This document shows positions 45,637 through 55,797 of a DNA stretch of 64,000 nucleotides, in pieces (the stretch's first letter is position 1; each line of letters starts with the position of its first letter). Source of the DNA: Candidatus Saccharimonadales bacterium (GTDB lineage Bacteria; Patescibacteriota; Saccharimonadia; Saccharimonadales; EFPC-124); NCBI GenBank assembly GCA_035710125.1, contig DASTDY010000077.1, forward strand, positions 5,401-69,400. The letters are read 5' to 3'. The notes below the pieces were generated by a model. That model made no database searches. It saw only the letters and a program-made list of their open reading frames with translations, and was not told where the DNA came from. A program made the position numbers and the translations under genes.

Positions 45637-48231
45637 ATGAAACAAATCCTAACCAAGATTTTTGGTGATCCGCAAAATAAAACGTTGCGCCGCCTCCGTA
45701 AAAAGGTGCGCCAAATTAATGCGCTGCAAGACGAATTTAAATCTAAAGACGACGCGCAGCTAAAAAAATATACCGCCACACTAAAAGAAAAACTAAAAAA
45801 GGGTAAAACGCTCGACGACATCTTGCCCGAAGCATTCGCGCTGGTCCGCGAGGCCGGTGCCCGCGTGCTTAAAATGCGCCATTTCGATGTACAGCTGATT
45901 GGCGGTATGGCGCTGCACGAAGGCAACGTAGCAGAAATGAAAACCGGTGAAGGAAAAACGCTTGTTGCCACACTCCCGATGTACCTGAACGCGCTCGAAG
46001 GCAAGGGTACCCACCTGGTTACTGTAAACGATTACCTTGCCCAGCGCGATGCAGGGTGGATGGGCGCGCTCTATAATTATTTAGGGCTGTCGGTTGGTGT
46101 GGTTATTGCCGATAAATCATTTATTTACGACCCTACATTCGACAACAAAGAGCACGACGACCCACGCATGCGCAAACTAAAACCAGCCACCCGCAAAGAG
46201 GCCTACGAGGCTGACATTACGTATGGTACCAATAACGAATTCGGGTTCGATTATCTGCGCGACAACATGGTAAACGAAGTAGACCTGCTGCGCCAGCGCG
46301 AGCTACACTTTGCAATAGTAGACGAAGTAGACAGTATTTTAATCGACGAAGCCCGCACGCCGCTTATCATTAGCGCACCAGCCAGTGACAGCGGTAATAA
46401 TTACGCCACGTTTGCGGCAATCGCTAAAAAGTTACTCCCAGAAGACTACGTGCTCGACGAAAAGCGCCGCTCAGTCAGCCTTACCGACGAAGGTGTAGAG
46501 AAGGTCGAAAAGCTGCTAAGTATCGACAACTTTTATGCACCCGAAAATATCCGCTCCGTTTACCACATGGAGCAAGCACTCCGCGCCCAAACCCTATTTA
46601 AGCGCGACAAAGACTACGTTGTATCTAAAGATGGACAGGTAGTTATTGTAGATGAATTTACCGGCCGCCTTATGCATGGCCGCCGCTACAACGAAGGTCT
46701 GCACCAGGCAATCGAGGCCAAAGAAGGCGTACCTGTACTGCAAGAAAGCATGACGCTCGCCACAATTTCGTTCCAGAACTACTTTAGGCTGTACAAAAAA
46801 CTAAGTGGTATGACAGGTACGGCATACACCGAGGCCGAAGAGTTCCAGCAAATTTATGGGCTAGATGTTGTGCAAATCCCGGCCAATAAGCCAGTGATCC
46901 GCGATGACCGCTCCGACATGATTTTTAAGACTGAAGCTGGCAAAATCCGCGCGATTGTAGCTGAAGTAAAGGAGTTCCAAAAGCAAGGACGGCCAGTGCT
47001 TATTGGGTCGGCAAGCATTGCTAAAAACGAAGAAATCAGCCATGCGCTTACAAAGGCAGGCGTAAAACACGCACTCCTTAACGCTAAAAACAACGAGCGT
47101 GAAGCCGTAATTATTGCCGAGGCCGGCCAAAAAGGCGCAGTAACTTTAGCCACAAACATTGCAGGCCGTGGTACCGACATTGTGCTCGGTGAGGGAGTAA
47201 AAGAGTTGGGCGGCTTGGTGGTAATAGGCTCTGAGCGCCACGAATCACGCCGCATAGACAACCAGCTGCGTGGCCGCGGCGGCCGCCAGGGCGACCCAGG
47301 TTTAACGCAGTTTTATGTGTCTACCGAGGACGACCTAATGCGTATTTTCCAGGGTGAACGGATCCGAAGCCTCATGGATAGGCTAGGGGTAGACGAAGAA
47401 ACCCCAATCCAAAACCGTGCAGTGAGCAAAACACTCGAAAGTGCCCAAAAGAAGGTAGAAGGCTACAACTTTGACTCGCGCAAAAACGTGGTGCAGTACG
47501 ACAACGTAATGAACCGCCACCGCAAAGCTGTATATGGAATCCGCAAAGGCATTTTGTTGGGCGAAGATATTTCTGACCGCATTAAAGAGATGCTGGCAGA
47601 AGAAGTTGCCGTGCTTACGGCATTGCCACTCAAGCAAAATCCACAGATGGCGCAGCAGTTTGAGGCGGTTATTCCTGTAGACAGCAAAACGCTAAAAGCA
47701 ATCGTAAAAGAAGAAAAAGACAAAGAGCGTACACAAAAGGCCTTGGCTGCCGCGCAAAAATTGTATGCCGCGCGCGAAGATGAAATTTCGCCAGAGATTA
47801 TGCGCAAAGTAGAGCGCGAAGTGTACTTGCAAGTTATGGACACGCTGTGGATGCAGCATTTAGAGAACATGCAGCACCTGCGCGAGGGGATTCACTTGCG
47901 GGGCTATGGCCAGCGTGATCCGTTGGTAGAGTACCGCCAAGAATCGCAGCATGTGTTTGAGCTGTTGCAGGCTACGCTGCGCGAAGAAGTAATCCGCGCG
48001 CTTTACCACATAACTAAAGGTGAAGTTGCCCAAGCCAAAGACGATAAGTTTGACACTGCGCTAACGCACGCCGCCGAAAATTCGGTAGAGGTGGGTGTGA
48101 ATGAAGTGAGCGAGGTTGAACGCAAGGCAGAATTCAAAACAGAGCCTGCCACCGAGGCCAAAAAGAAAACCCACGACGACCTGCGCAAAAAACGCAAAAA
48201 AGAGCGGCAAAACCGCAAAAAGAAAAAATAA
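45637..48231 (+). CDS. secA: preprotein translocase ATPase SecA
   Basis: 864 aa with Walker A MKTGEGKT, DEVDSILIDEARTPLIIS, and a basic C-terminal tail. Confidence 0.97.
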   Translation: MKQILTKIFGDPQNKTLRRLRKKVRQINALQDEFKSKDDAQLKKYTATLKEKLKKGKTLDDILPEAFALVREAGARVLKMRHFDVQLIGGMALHEGNVAEMKTGEGKTLVATLPMYLNALEGKGTHLVTVNDYLAQRDAGWMGALYNYLGLSVGVVIADKSFIYDPTFDNKEHDDPRMRKLKPATRKEAYEADITYGTNNEFGFDYLRDNMVNEVDLLRQRELHFAIVDEVDSILIDEARTPLIISAPASDSGNNYATFAAIAKKLLPEDYVLDEKRRSVSLTDEGVEKVEKLLSIDNFYAPENIRSVYHMEQALRAQTLFKRDKDYVVSKDGQVVIVDEFTGRLMHGRRYNEGLHQAIEAKEGVPVLQESMTLATISFQNYFRLYKKLSGMTGTAYTEAEEFQQIYGLDVVQIPANKPVIRDDRSDMIFKTEAGKIRAIVAEVKEFQKQGRPVLIGSASIAKNEEISHALTKAGVKHALLNAKNNEREAVIIAEAGQKGAVTLATNIAGRGTDIVLGEGVKELGGLVVIGSERHESRRIDNQLRGRGGRQGDPGLTQFYVSTEDDLMRIFQGERIRSLMDRLGVDEETPIQNRAVSKTLESAQKKVEGYNFDSRKNVVQYDNVMNRHRKAVYGIRKGILLGEDISDRIKEMLAEEVAVLTALPLKQNPQMAQQFEAVIPVDSKTLKAIVKEEKDKERTQKALAAAQKLYAAREDEISPEIMRKVEREVYLQVMDTLWMQHLENMQHLREGIHLRGYGQRDPLVEYRQESQHVFELLQATLREEVIRALYHITKGEVAQAKDDKFDTALTHAAENSVEVGVNEVSEVERKAEFKTEPATEAKKKTHDDLRKKRKKERQNRKKKK

Positions 48232-48251
48232 GTTTGGTGTAACTGGGTGCG

Positions 48252-48296
48252 ACAGGGCGTTCCGAGATTTAAGAATCTGCGGAACGCCCTGTTTTT
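48252..48296 (+). terminator. secA intrinsic terminator
   Basis: ACAGGGCGTTCCG pairs with CGGAACGCCCTGT, followed by TTTT. Confidence 0.8.
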
Positions 48297-48320
48297 GCAA
48301 CCCTCGCGCGGAAGAGGCGG

Positions 48321-49010
48321 CTACTTGGACGTGTCGCCTACGCGCTCAGCGACTGCATTGAACCCGTGCAAGAAGAATTCTTTGTGCCACGGGCCGCGCT
48401 CTACGAACGTTTGGCCTGGTGGTGTAGTGAGCAGGCGCTCAGCTTCGTTTACATGGATCCACTCGAACACCCGCGCATCGGCTGTGTCACGTGTGTCGTC
48501 TGATCCCTGGGTTGGGTCTTCGTTTGTCAGATGCTCGCGCTTGTTTTCGGACCACCGGCCCAGGCGGACCACAAATGTGAAGTTTATGGTTTTGTCCACC
48601 CACAATGCCTCGTGGTCCGCCACGGTCAGCAAGCTGCGAGTTGTGCCAACAAATTGGGCATTGCTGGCCACGGAGTCGCAGATGCCTTTGCCGAAGAGGC
48701 TCCGCATTGAGTCGTCGATGGCGGTGAGCGCCTGTGTTTCGATTGCGGGGGCGTCGTGCCGAAGCTGTGGCTCGTCTTGGCGGGCAAGCGGCGCTTGGAT
48801 GTGCGTGGCTAGGGTGACATCGAGCAAGCCTGCGCCCACCCTGTCTTGGGCATCGCGTCGGCGGAACAAGATGTTGCCGCCGGCATCGTGCACCCACAAG
48901 TGGGCAACTGCGTGGGCGAACGCGCCGGCGTGTGCGTGCTTGATCGGTTTAAACGAACTGAGGGGCTTACCGCTCCCCCAATCAAAGTCCTGCACCTGAT
49001 GAACGCGCAT
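48321..49010 (-). CDS. GC-rich cassette gene K, Nudix-fold-like protein with degenerate Nudix box
   Basis: ATG at 49010 after AAAGGAG. TTGACC-N18-TATAAA upstream. HAGAFAHAVAHLWVHDAGGNILFRRRDAQDRVGAGLLDVT follows the IDI/Nudix N-terminal pattern, but the GX5EX7REUXEEXGU box is not intact. Confidence 0.45.
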   Translation of the reverse strand: MRVHQVQDFDWGSGKPLSSFKPIKHAHAGAFAHAVAHLWVHDAGGNILFRRRDAQDRVGAGLLDVTLATHIQAPLARQDEPQLRHDAPAIETQALTAIDDSMRSLFGKGICDSVASNAQFVGTTRSLLTVADHEALWVDKTINFTFVVRLGRWSENKREHLTNEDPTQGSDDTRDTADARVFEWIHVNEAERLLTTPPGQTFVERGPWHKEFFLHGFNAVAERVGDTSK

Positions 49011-49293
49011 GAAGTTCACTCCTTTTGTCGCGCGGGGTAACAATGTTTATTTATATGATGAAATTTGGTGGTTGGTCAAGTTGTTTCATCAACCAACGTT
49101 TCGAATATTTTTTGCATAGTGTGGACAAGTCAAAAAGGGGAGTGGCGTGACTAGCTCACCCATCACAAGGCCGCAGGTGCACCTCGCATCTGCGGCGTCC
49201 GTTTGTTTTAGGCAAAATAGCACCTCCCCTGAATCGAACCAAAATGGTACCATAGGTAACAGTTACTCTATTAACCTAACCCCTGGATTTTTT

Positions 49294-50580
49294 ATGAAGC
49301 ATTCTGTAGAAGAAGTTGTACTCACTAACGGCAGCCGCGGACTGCTCATACATGTGCCAAACGCAACTGTTATGAGTTACGATTTTGAGTTTCGTGCTGG
49401 CCACGACTATTGCCCTAAAGACGACATTTACGAAACGCCGCATATTATGGAGCACATGGTGCTCGGTGCGAACGAAACATACCAAAACGCCCGCCAATTT
49501 AACGCAGAACTCGAAAAAAACGGCGCGTATAGCAACGCCAGCACGTCGAGCGCCAGCCTAAAGTATGTGGCTGACTGCGCCGATTTTGAATGGGATAGGG
49601 TACTCGACCTTCTGCGCCTCGCGATCACCAAACCCCTGTTTTTGCAAAGCGAATTCGAGGCCGAATATGGCAACGTAAAAGAGGAGCTCACCGGCTACTT
49701 AAGCAACAACGGCCGCGTGCTTTGGCAGCGGATTGGCCAGGCTAGCGGCGAGCATTTTTTTAACGACGACCAACGGCTTAAAACCATGCCGCAAATAAAA
49801 CTCAAGGATATAAAAGAACACTATTACCGCACCCATACCAGTGATAATCTGCGGTTCATTATTGTGGGCAATTTAAAAGATGACCGCAAAGCCACTGTTG
49901 TTAAAATGCTTGAAAAGTGGGATTTACCTCGTGGCGAGCGCTTTGGCTTGGTCCGCGAAGAGCTGGTAGGTGCGCAAACACCAATCCATATTGTTCGCAA
50001 AGACGTAGAAAACCTTATTTTTGGGTTTAGCGTGCAAGCCAACTGGCGCATGCCAGATAACGAAGCCGACGCCATGGCCGCGCTCAACCACATGCTTACC
50101 GGTTCACTGCATTCGGCAATTTATGGCCGCGCCCGCGAAAACGGCCTGGCATACAGTGTATGGTCAGACTTTGTAGTAAGCGACTCAGCCAGCGAGTGGG
50201 ATTTTGGCGGCCAAGTAAGCCTTAAAAACGCGCCAAAATTATTTGCAATCGTTGCCGAAGAAGTCAAAAAAGTCATGTCTGGCCAGCTTACCGTGGCAGA
50301 GATTAACACAGCCAAGCAGTTTGCGCTCGGAAAACACCAAATGGGCTGCCAAACAGTTGGTTCAATCGCCAGCTGGTATGCGCGCCGTTATTATTTTGAT
50401 GGCTACATAGACACTTACCAAGACCGTCCTAAAGCAATTGCAGCAGTCGATAAGGCAATTATTATAAAAGCCGCCAGCGATTTAATCGACGGCAAACGTT
50501 GGGCATTTGGCGGTTTGGGCAACGTGCAAGACGCACAGATGCAGTCGTTGCATACGCAGCTCGGCACAATTTTTGAATAA
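49294..50580 (+). CDS. M16 (pitrilysin/insulinase) family zinc peptidase
   Basis: Inverted zinc motif HIMEH with downstream E residues. Start moved to the ATG at 49294. Confidence 0.8.
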   Translation: MKHSVEEVVLTNGSRGLLIHVPNATVMSYDFEFRAGHDYCPKDDIYETPHIMEHMVLGANETYQNARQFNAELEKNGAYSNASTSSASLKYVADCADFEWDRVLDLLRLAITKPLFLQSEFEAEYGNVKEELTGYLSNNGRVLWQRIGQASGEHFFNDDQRLKTMPQIKLKDIKEHYYRTHTSDNLRFIIVGNLKDDRKATVVKMLEKWDLPRGERFGLVREELVGAQTPIHIVRKDVENLIFGFSVQANWRMPDNEADAMAALNHMLTGSLHSAIYGRARENGLAYSVWSDFVVSDSASEWDFGGQVSLKNAPKLFAIVAEEVKKVMSGQLTVAEINTAKQFALGKHQMGCQTVGSIASWYARRYYFDGYIDTYQDRPKAIAAVDKAIIIKAASDLIDGKRWAFGGLGNVQDAQMQSLHTQLGTIFE

Positions 50581-50661
50581 TAGTAGGCGGGCGAACGTAC
50601 AGCCCGTTTTGCGGCGCGCGGAGGTTCAGGCCCGCGCGCCGCACTCGCGGTTCTTCGTTGG

Positions 50662-51285
50662 TCAGGCAAATGCCTTAGGCTTGCCCGACCCGATCATTTC
50701 CCACAAGTGGATGCCCTGATCGAAGTGGTCCGTGAGCTTTTTGAGCGCGGCGATGAACTCATCGTCGGGTGTTTTCGGGTTGAGAACCTTGTTGAGCTTC
50801 AGCAGATCCGGTTCCAGGAACTCTGGCGACTGCGACTCCAACATGATGTAGGCACTCACCATACGGCGCAGATCCTGTATATCCAGGACGTCGCGGTCAC
50901 GGTAGGCGTCTCCCAAGAACAAGCCCAGCTCGTAGAGCATGCAGTATCGCAGCCGGATTGCGTGCCACGTTTCACCGCGGCCCAATCCGGCATCGCACCG
51001 CTCCGCGAAGTAGGCGCGCGTTGTCGCCATTTCGTCCATGAGTTGTACGAATCTGTTCACCTGGGCAGGTAGGGTGAATGCCTGGTGGTCAGGTGCGAAG
51101 TTTTGGTACAGGAATGTCTGGGCGCTAGGCAATGCCCGCAGACCGTCTTTGAGCTGTTGCTGTGCGGCCTTGGGTTTGACACCGTTTTTCAGCTGATCGT
51201 GGGCGGTGACGCACAGGGCGCGCAAGCGGGCCATGCGACGAGCGGCGTGCCACTCGTGGATGTCAATAACTTGGGTGGTGGTCAC
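50662..51285 (-). CDS. GC-rich cassette gene L1 (downstream gene of duplicated module, copy I)
   Basis: GTG start preceded by AACCGAGAGGCA (plus coordinates 51290-51301), identical to the leader of 55072..55797. Helical-looking 207-aa protein. Confidence 0.55.
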   Translation of the reverse strand: MTTTQVIDIHEWHAARRMARLRALCVTAHDQLKNGVKPKAAQQQLKDGLRALPSAQTFLYQNFAPDHQAFTLPAQVNRFVQLMDEMATTRAYFAERCDAGLGRGETWHAIRLRYCMLYELGLFLGDAYRDRDVLDIQDLRRMVSAYIMLESQSPEFLEPDLLKLNKVLNPKTPDDEFIAALKKLTDHFDQGIHLWEMIGSGKPKAFA

Positions 51286-51535
51286 TGGATGCCTCTCGGT
51301 TCAAGGGAACTGTACGTTCGGCGATTATTATAAACGAAAATAGCTGATCCTGCAATTTATGATATCTCATTTTGGCCAAGTTGGCACAGCATTTTGAGGG
51401 ATTTATATGGGTTTGTGCAATCACGCAGAACGACGTTGCGTGAGGGTAAAAACACATATTTACAAGGGTGATGAACATGTAGGCTGGCCGCGTGGCGGCG
51501 CGCGAGTTTGAGCCCCGCGCGCCGACCATGCCAGA

Positions 51536-52393
51536 TCACCAGGCCAACAGTTGGTCGGCTATTGAGGCCGGTGCCAGCTTAGCGAGCTGGTTGAGCTCGT
51601 GCGTGCGGGTAAGAAGCTCCGCGAACGCGGCGGTGAAGTCGTGCACCCTGTCTTCGACCAGGTTGCGCACATCTGCGTTGTCGCGGATGAGGGCAATTAA
51701 TGCCGGCGACACCTTGTAGCGCTGCCCTTTCAGGTAGGCCTTGGCAGCTGCTTCGCCATAGTTGCGCCAAACAGCTTGCGTTTCGAGCAGGAGACTCTCC
51801 AACTCGGCGTAGGCGTCCATCAGGGACTTGATCCGCTCTAGCATTATCTCGAACGCTGAAGGGGGTTGCGGCTCGGGCTGTGACTGCGGGTTTGGGTTGT
51901 ACCTGGAGAATGTGGCCACGATTAGCCGCATGTCGTCCGTGAAACCTCTCGCGGTGAACCTGATGTTGTCGAAGATATTCAACAACTCTGGTCCTGAGTG
52001 GATCACCCGCAACAGTGCCTCGAATTGCGGCAATCCCAGCAATGCAATCACGTGCTCAAAGCCAGCCTCGGGTGCGCCTTTGGCCAACACTGCACCGTTC
52101 ATCAGGTCGCACTGGTGCTGGCCAGGCTCGCCCGTTGTTGGTGCAATCATGTCCAGCGCGTGTTGGGCAATTTGGGCGAACTCCAGCTGGCGCGGCACCT
52201 GGAGCATTTTTAGCCAAGTGAGGTCTCTGAAATCACCGGCGCCCGCCTCCAACCTTGCTCTTTCTTCGGCCGAATCTGCATTTTCGCAGGCAGCCATTAG
52301 TGCCTTGGCGCCCGCCAGATGGTCTTGCATGGTGTCGATGACAATGTTGTTAAAAGCGATGGCGAACGCGATTTTCAGTTCCTCGGCGATCAT
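51536..52393 (-). CDS. GC-rich cassette gene L2 (upstream gene of duplicated module, copy I)
   Basis: TTGCAT-N17-TATAAT (plus coordinates 52443-52471). Leader ACGTTAGGAAACGC is shared with 55974..56594. Shared protein block IALLG..F.ALLRVIH...LL.IFD....F.G...M.LIVATF. Confidence 0.6.
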   Translation of the reverse strand: MIAEELKIAFAIAFNNIVIDTMQDHLAGAKALMAACENADSAEERARLEAGAGDFRDLTWLKMLQVPRQLEFAQIAQHALDMIAPTTGEPGQHQCDLMNGAVLAKGAPEAGFEHVIALLGLPQFEALLRVIHSGPELLNIFDNIRFTARGFTDDMRLIVATFSRYNPNPQSQPEPQPPSAFEIMLERIKSLMDAYAELESLLLETQAVWRNYGEAAAKAYLKGQRYKVSPALIALIRDNADVRNLVEDRVHDFTAAFAELLTRTHELNQLAKLAPASIADQLLAW

Positions 52394-52552
52394 CTGCGTT
52401 TCCTAACGTGGAAGGACTATCTGCCCACATGTTCAGCCATACATTATATAAAAAATAGATAGTTTATGCAATTATAAATTATGCTTGTCAATAATTTGAT
52501 AGGGCAATTATCCCTTGACAGTAGGTAAACAGAGGTGTACACTTAAAGTAAG

Positions 52553-53413
52553 ATGAAATACACCATCAAAGACCTACAACGTGACTTTCCGACTGACGAA
52601 GCCTGTTTAGACTGGCTAGTAGGTTATTTGTACCCAGATGGTATCTATTGCAAGGTGTGCGAGAAGACTACGCCACACCACCGTATGCGTACCCGCAAGT
52701 CGTACTCATGTGAGACCTGCGGCCACCATGTCCATCCAACTGCCAATACTATTTTCCATAAGTCTACAACGCCGCTGACACTGTGGTTCTACGCCATATA
52801 CCTCATGGCACAGACCCGAGCCGGTATCTCTGCTAAGCAATTAGAGCGCGAGTTGGGCGTCACCTACAAGACCGCGTGGCGCATGTTCCACCAAATCCGC
52901 TCCATGATGGGAGACGACGAAAGCGACAATCTGACTGGCGAAGTAGAAGTGGATGAGACATATGTTCATCCAAACCCTCAGAAGCGATCTACTGCTAAGC
53001 CCCATGACAATCAAATCGTGTTTGGTATGGTTGAGCGTGGTGGCCGGGCAAAGGTACGCCATGTCAAAAGCTCCGGCACTCGTGTTTTGATGCCTGAAAT
53101 TGAAAGTCAGATTAGCAATCGAGCTGTGGTTTATAGCGACGAATGGGGCGCTTACAAGACCTTGAAGCGTCGCGGTTACTACCACGAGACAATCATTCAC
53201 AGCAATCGGCAGTACGTTCGTGGCGTTGTCCACACGCAGAACGTCGAGAACTTGTGGTCAACTATGAAGCGCGGTATTAAGGGCGTGTATCGCCATGTAG
53301 ACGCTAAATATTTGCAAGCTTATGCTGATGAATACGCGTTTCGCTACTCGCACCGTAAAAGTGCTGAGCCTATGTTCTTTGTGCTGCTAAATCGAGTAGC
53401 AAATAGCAATTGA
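52553..53413 (+). mobile_element. IS1595-family (ISXO2-like) transposase ORF, element ends not resolved
   Basis: N-terminal zinc ribbon CKVC..C..C..H, HTH-like AGISAKQLERELGVTYKTAWRM, DDE region EVEVDETYV..VYSDEWGAY. Lower-GC context. Confidence 0.8.
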
Positions 53414-53569
53414 GTTAGCGATTTAATTAGCAAAATACTAGTGTTTAACAAAATGCTTATGCTCTACCTCTGTAAAAAGTGACGACCAGCGTGTTGACTC
53501 GCTGCGTTAAGCGTAATACACTCTATTTAGACAAGCATTTCGCTTGCGAGCATCTCACGGGTGCTTGTC

Positions 53570-53588
53570 CAACTACCTTCGTCGCTAT
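53570..53588 (+). repeat. 19-nt direct repeat, copy 1
   Basis: CAACTACCTTCGTCGCTAT, identical to 53734-53752. Confidence 0.7.
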
Positions 53589-53733
53589 ACGAAAACCAAA
53601 AGAGTCGGTTAAGTCCGGCTCTTTTGTTATTTTACTGGCTAATTTTTGACAAAAGAAAAAAGCAGGGCAACCCGTCAGTTGAACGACCCTGCTTATTTTC
53701 GACTACTTAGGCGGCCAAGCGTTAATTTTTGAT

Positions 53734-53752
53734 CAACTACCTTCGTCGCTAT
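53734..53752 (+). repeat. 19-nt direct repeat, copy 2
   Basis: CAACTACCTTCGTCGCTAT. Each copy is followed within about 60 nt by a hairpin plus T run. Confidence 0.7.
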
Positions 53753-53876
53753 GAAGGCTTGGCGGTGTTTCACTTCCCAAGAAGCTTCCTTTCGGATTTG
53801 CAACTCCTCAATTGATATATACTTTACTCGCAACCTGAGCAGGAGTCAATTCTTGAGATTTAACTGTATTATGTCG

Positions 53877-53993
53877 CTATTGGTTTTTTCTTTTTTGCTT
53901 TGCTTTCGCCTTCCGTGCGACCTTCTTGAGCACTCTCATGAACCCTTCTTGGGTGAGGTCGTCTGGCTGCTTTTTGGGCTTTTTCTTGTCCAT
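53877..53993 (-). CDS. possible 38-aa highly basic peptide
   Basis: MDKKKPKKQPDDLTQEGFMRVLKKVARKAKAKQKRKNQ, read by hand. Below the ORF-track cutoff. Lies immediately downstream of the DUF3800 gene. Confidence 0.25.
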   Translation of the reverse strand: MDKKKPKKQPDDLTQEGFMRVLKKVARKAKAKQKRKNQ

Positions 53994-54000
53994 GTACCTA

Positions 54001-54714
54001 TTATAACCCGCGTGGCTTAAAGAGGCAGTGTTGCATCTTTTGGGCTCCTAGCCTTGGAAACCCGGGCGAGCTAAACGTTAGTGGGACGCCGTTGTTCAAG
54101 GCGGTCAAGTGCTCCACAAAATCAATGCACGCATCTTGTTTAGAAAATTTCTCATCATACTGAGACATAACCGCTCCAGTTAGTAAATCAACGACCTGCA
54201 TTGCACCACAAGAGGTTGAGTTACCTGTATTGCAGAAATCAATCGAGGCAGGCGGGTCGATCTTTGCATCATTCTTTAGTAGCTCTTGAGTGATTTTGTA
54301 TTCTTCGCGCCCTAACTTGCCAGTCTCATCGGCCAGGATATAAAAGGGGCCACGATAACCACTGTTACGGCATTTCCAGATGACGGTTCTGATGAGAAGA
54401 TACGCATGGCGATAGATGATCTTACTCGAATCGGAACCATTATAATATTGCTTTCGCTCTTCGGCACTAGGTATGGAATATGTCCACGAATGGTAGGTTA
54501 CCTGGCTAGAGGCGAGATAATTACTCACCATACTTTTATATTTATCGCAATATGGAGTACAAAGTCGGCTCCATTTCACTTCCGCCCAGACCCTATGCTT
54601 TATCCTATCTGCAATAAACACAGACTCAAGCTCCGGCATTATAGCTCGAGGGAAGCAAAGGCAGCCAATCGTTTCCATGCTACTGCCTAGGCTCTCATCA
54701 AGCGCCAAGAACAT
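54001..54714 (-). CDS. DUF3800-like protein
   Basis: N-terminal MFLALDES (hhhDES motif) and C-terminal QVVDLLTGAV block. Low-GC gene. Confidence 0.6.
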   Translation of the reverse strand: MFLALDESLGSSMETIGCLCFPRAIMPELESVFIADRIKHRVWAEVKWSRLCTPYCDKYKSMVSNYLASSQVTYHSWTYSIPSAEERKQYYNGSDSSKIIYRHAYLLIRTVIWKCRNSGYRGPFYILADETGKLGREEYKITQELLKNDAKIDPPASIDFCNTGNSTSCGAMQVVDLLTGAVMSQYDEKFSKQDACIDFVEHLTALNNGVPLTFSSPGFPRLGAQKMQHCLFKPRGL

Positions 54715-54717
54715 TGA

Positions 54718-54912
54718 CTAGGCCGCCACCAACCTGGCGCTCTGTATCTTCTTCTCCAGAGCCTCTGCTACAGCTATTTCTTTCTTTATCTCTTTATCTT
54801 TGATTACGGCGTCCAACCCGCTAAGCTGGAAAGCCTCCTCTTTGAGCAGCGTCTTTAGAAATTCAATCTCCTTAGCCGTGATCACTAAACTAAGTTTGTA
54901 GCATTTCTCCAT
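54718..54912 (-). CDS. small coiled-coil protein translationally coupled to the DUF3800 gene
   Basis: ATG at 54912 after AAGGAGG. Stop lies 4 nt before the DUF3800 start. Lys/Glu-rich helical sequence. Confidence 0.45.
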   Translation of the reverse strand: MEKCYKLSLVITAKEIEFLKTLLKEEAFQLSGLDAVIKDKEIKKEIAVAEALEKKIQSARLVAA

Positions 54913-55071
54913 GGCACCCTCCTTGATTATCTTTATCATAACTAATTATGCTTACGTTGTTTACCTACGCTCACGGTATAATTGCCTTTGATAGCTAATT
55001 ATTTTTTTGGGGATACAAACTAGGGGAGGGTGGCGCGTGCGTCGCTACGCACGCGCCACCTGCCCGAGAGG

Positions 55072-55797
55072 CTACGGCTGGAGGGGTTCCGGCAGTTGCT
55101 CGTCGCAGAGTCGCAGGAAGTGTTCCAGCTTGCTCTTGAGCCCCGGCCTGTCCTTGTCGAACAAGGCCCTGTTGTGCACGCTGGTCGTGAGCAGTTGCTT
55201 CACGGAGGCAGCGTTGCCGTAGTTGCCTTCGTCCAGGGCCGCGATTGCCTTGTCGGGGTCGTTCTCTTCATCCAGGATCCGGAGTGCCTGCTGCAAGACC
55301 CGCTTGAGGTCCAGGATGGCCTCCAGATTTTGGGGCGGCTCGGCCGGCACCATGGGAGCCGGTGTTGCCGGATCCCATGGTGTTACAGGATCGATTTTAC
55401 CGATCAGCCATTCCATGCTTGCGCCGGTTGTTTTGACTCGTTCGATCGGCTCCGTCACCTTGATGTACTTTGCCAGCACAGAGGTGAAATGCTGCGGGAA
55501 GCTCGCCGCGATGCTCCACAGGCCGTCCAAGAATGTGTCGGCGTCGCTGGTGTCCAGCGTAGCCCACACCTCTGGGTCGTTCTGCAGTAACTGGCGCACG
55601 CCTGCGTACTCGGCAGACTCCAGCGACGACCGTGCGTGCTGGTGTGCTGTTGGCGAGTCGTTTGCCATGGCGATTTCCATGACCTCGCCGGTCAGCGTAG
55701 CCAACGTCGACAGCAGGTGGTCCAGAGTGTCCTGCCTGCCCTGATGCAAACGCCAGCTTGCCTGCTCGATCCTGACTTTGAGTTCCTGGGAAAACAA
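55072..55797 (-). CDS. GC-rich cassette gene M1 (downstream gene of duplicated module, copy II)
   Basis: TTG start preceded by AACCGAGAGGCA (plus coordinates 55802-55813). TTGCAT-N16-TATACT (plus coordinates 55847-55874). Confidence 0.55.
   Translation of the reverse strand: MFSQELKVRIEQASWRLHQGRQDTLDHLLSTLATLTGEVMEIAMANDSPTAHQHARSSLESAEYAGVRQLLQNDPEVWATLDTSDADTFLDGLWSIAASFPQHFTSVLAKYIKVTEPIERVKTTGASMEWLIGKIDPVTPWDPATPAPMVPAEPPQNLEAILDLKRVLQQALRILDEENDPDKAIAALDEGNYGNAASVKQLLTTSVHNRALFDKDRPGLKSKLEHFLRLCDEQLPEPLQP

Noticed and set aside
53751-54020. 89-aa plus-strand ORF after the direct repeats
   Set aside because: It is Phe/Leu/Cys-rich, has no SD, overlaps the more plausible minus-strand basic peptide, and runs into the DUF3800 gene end.
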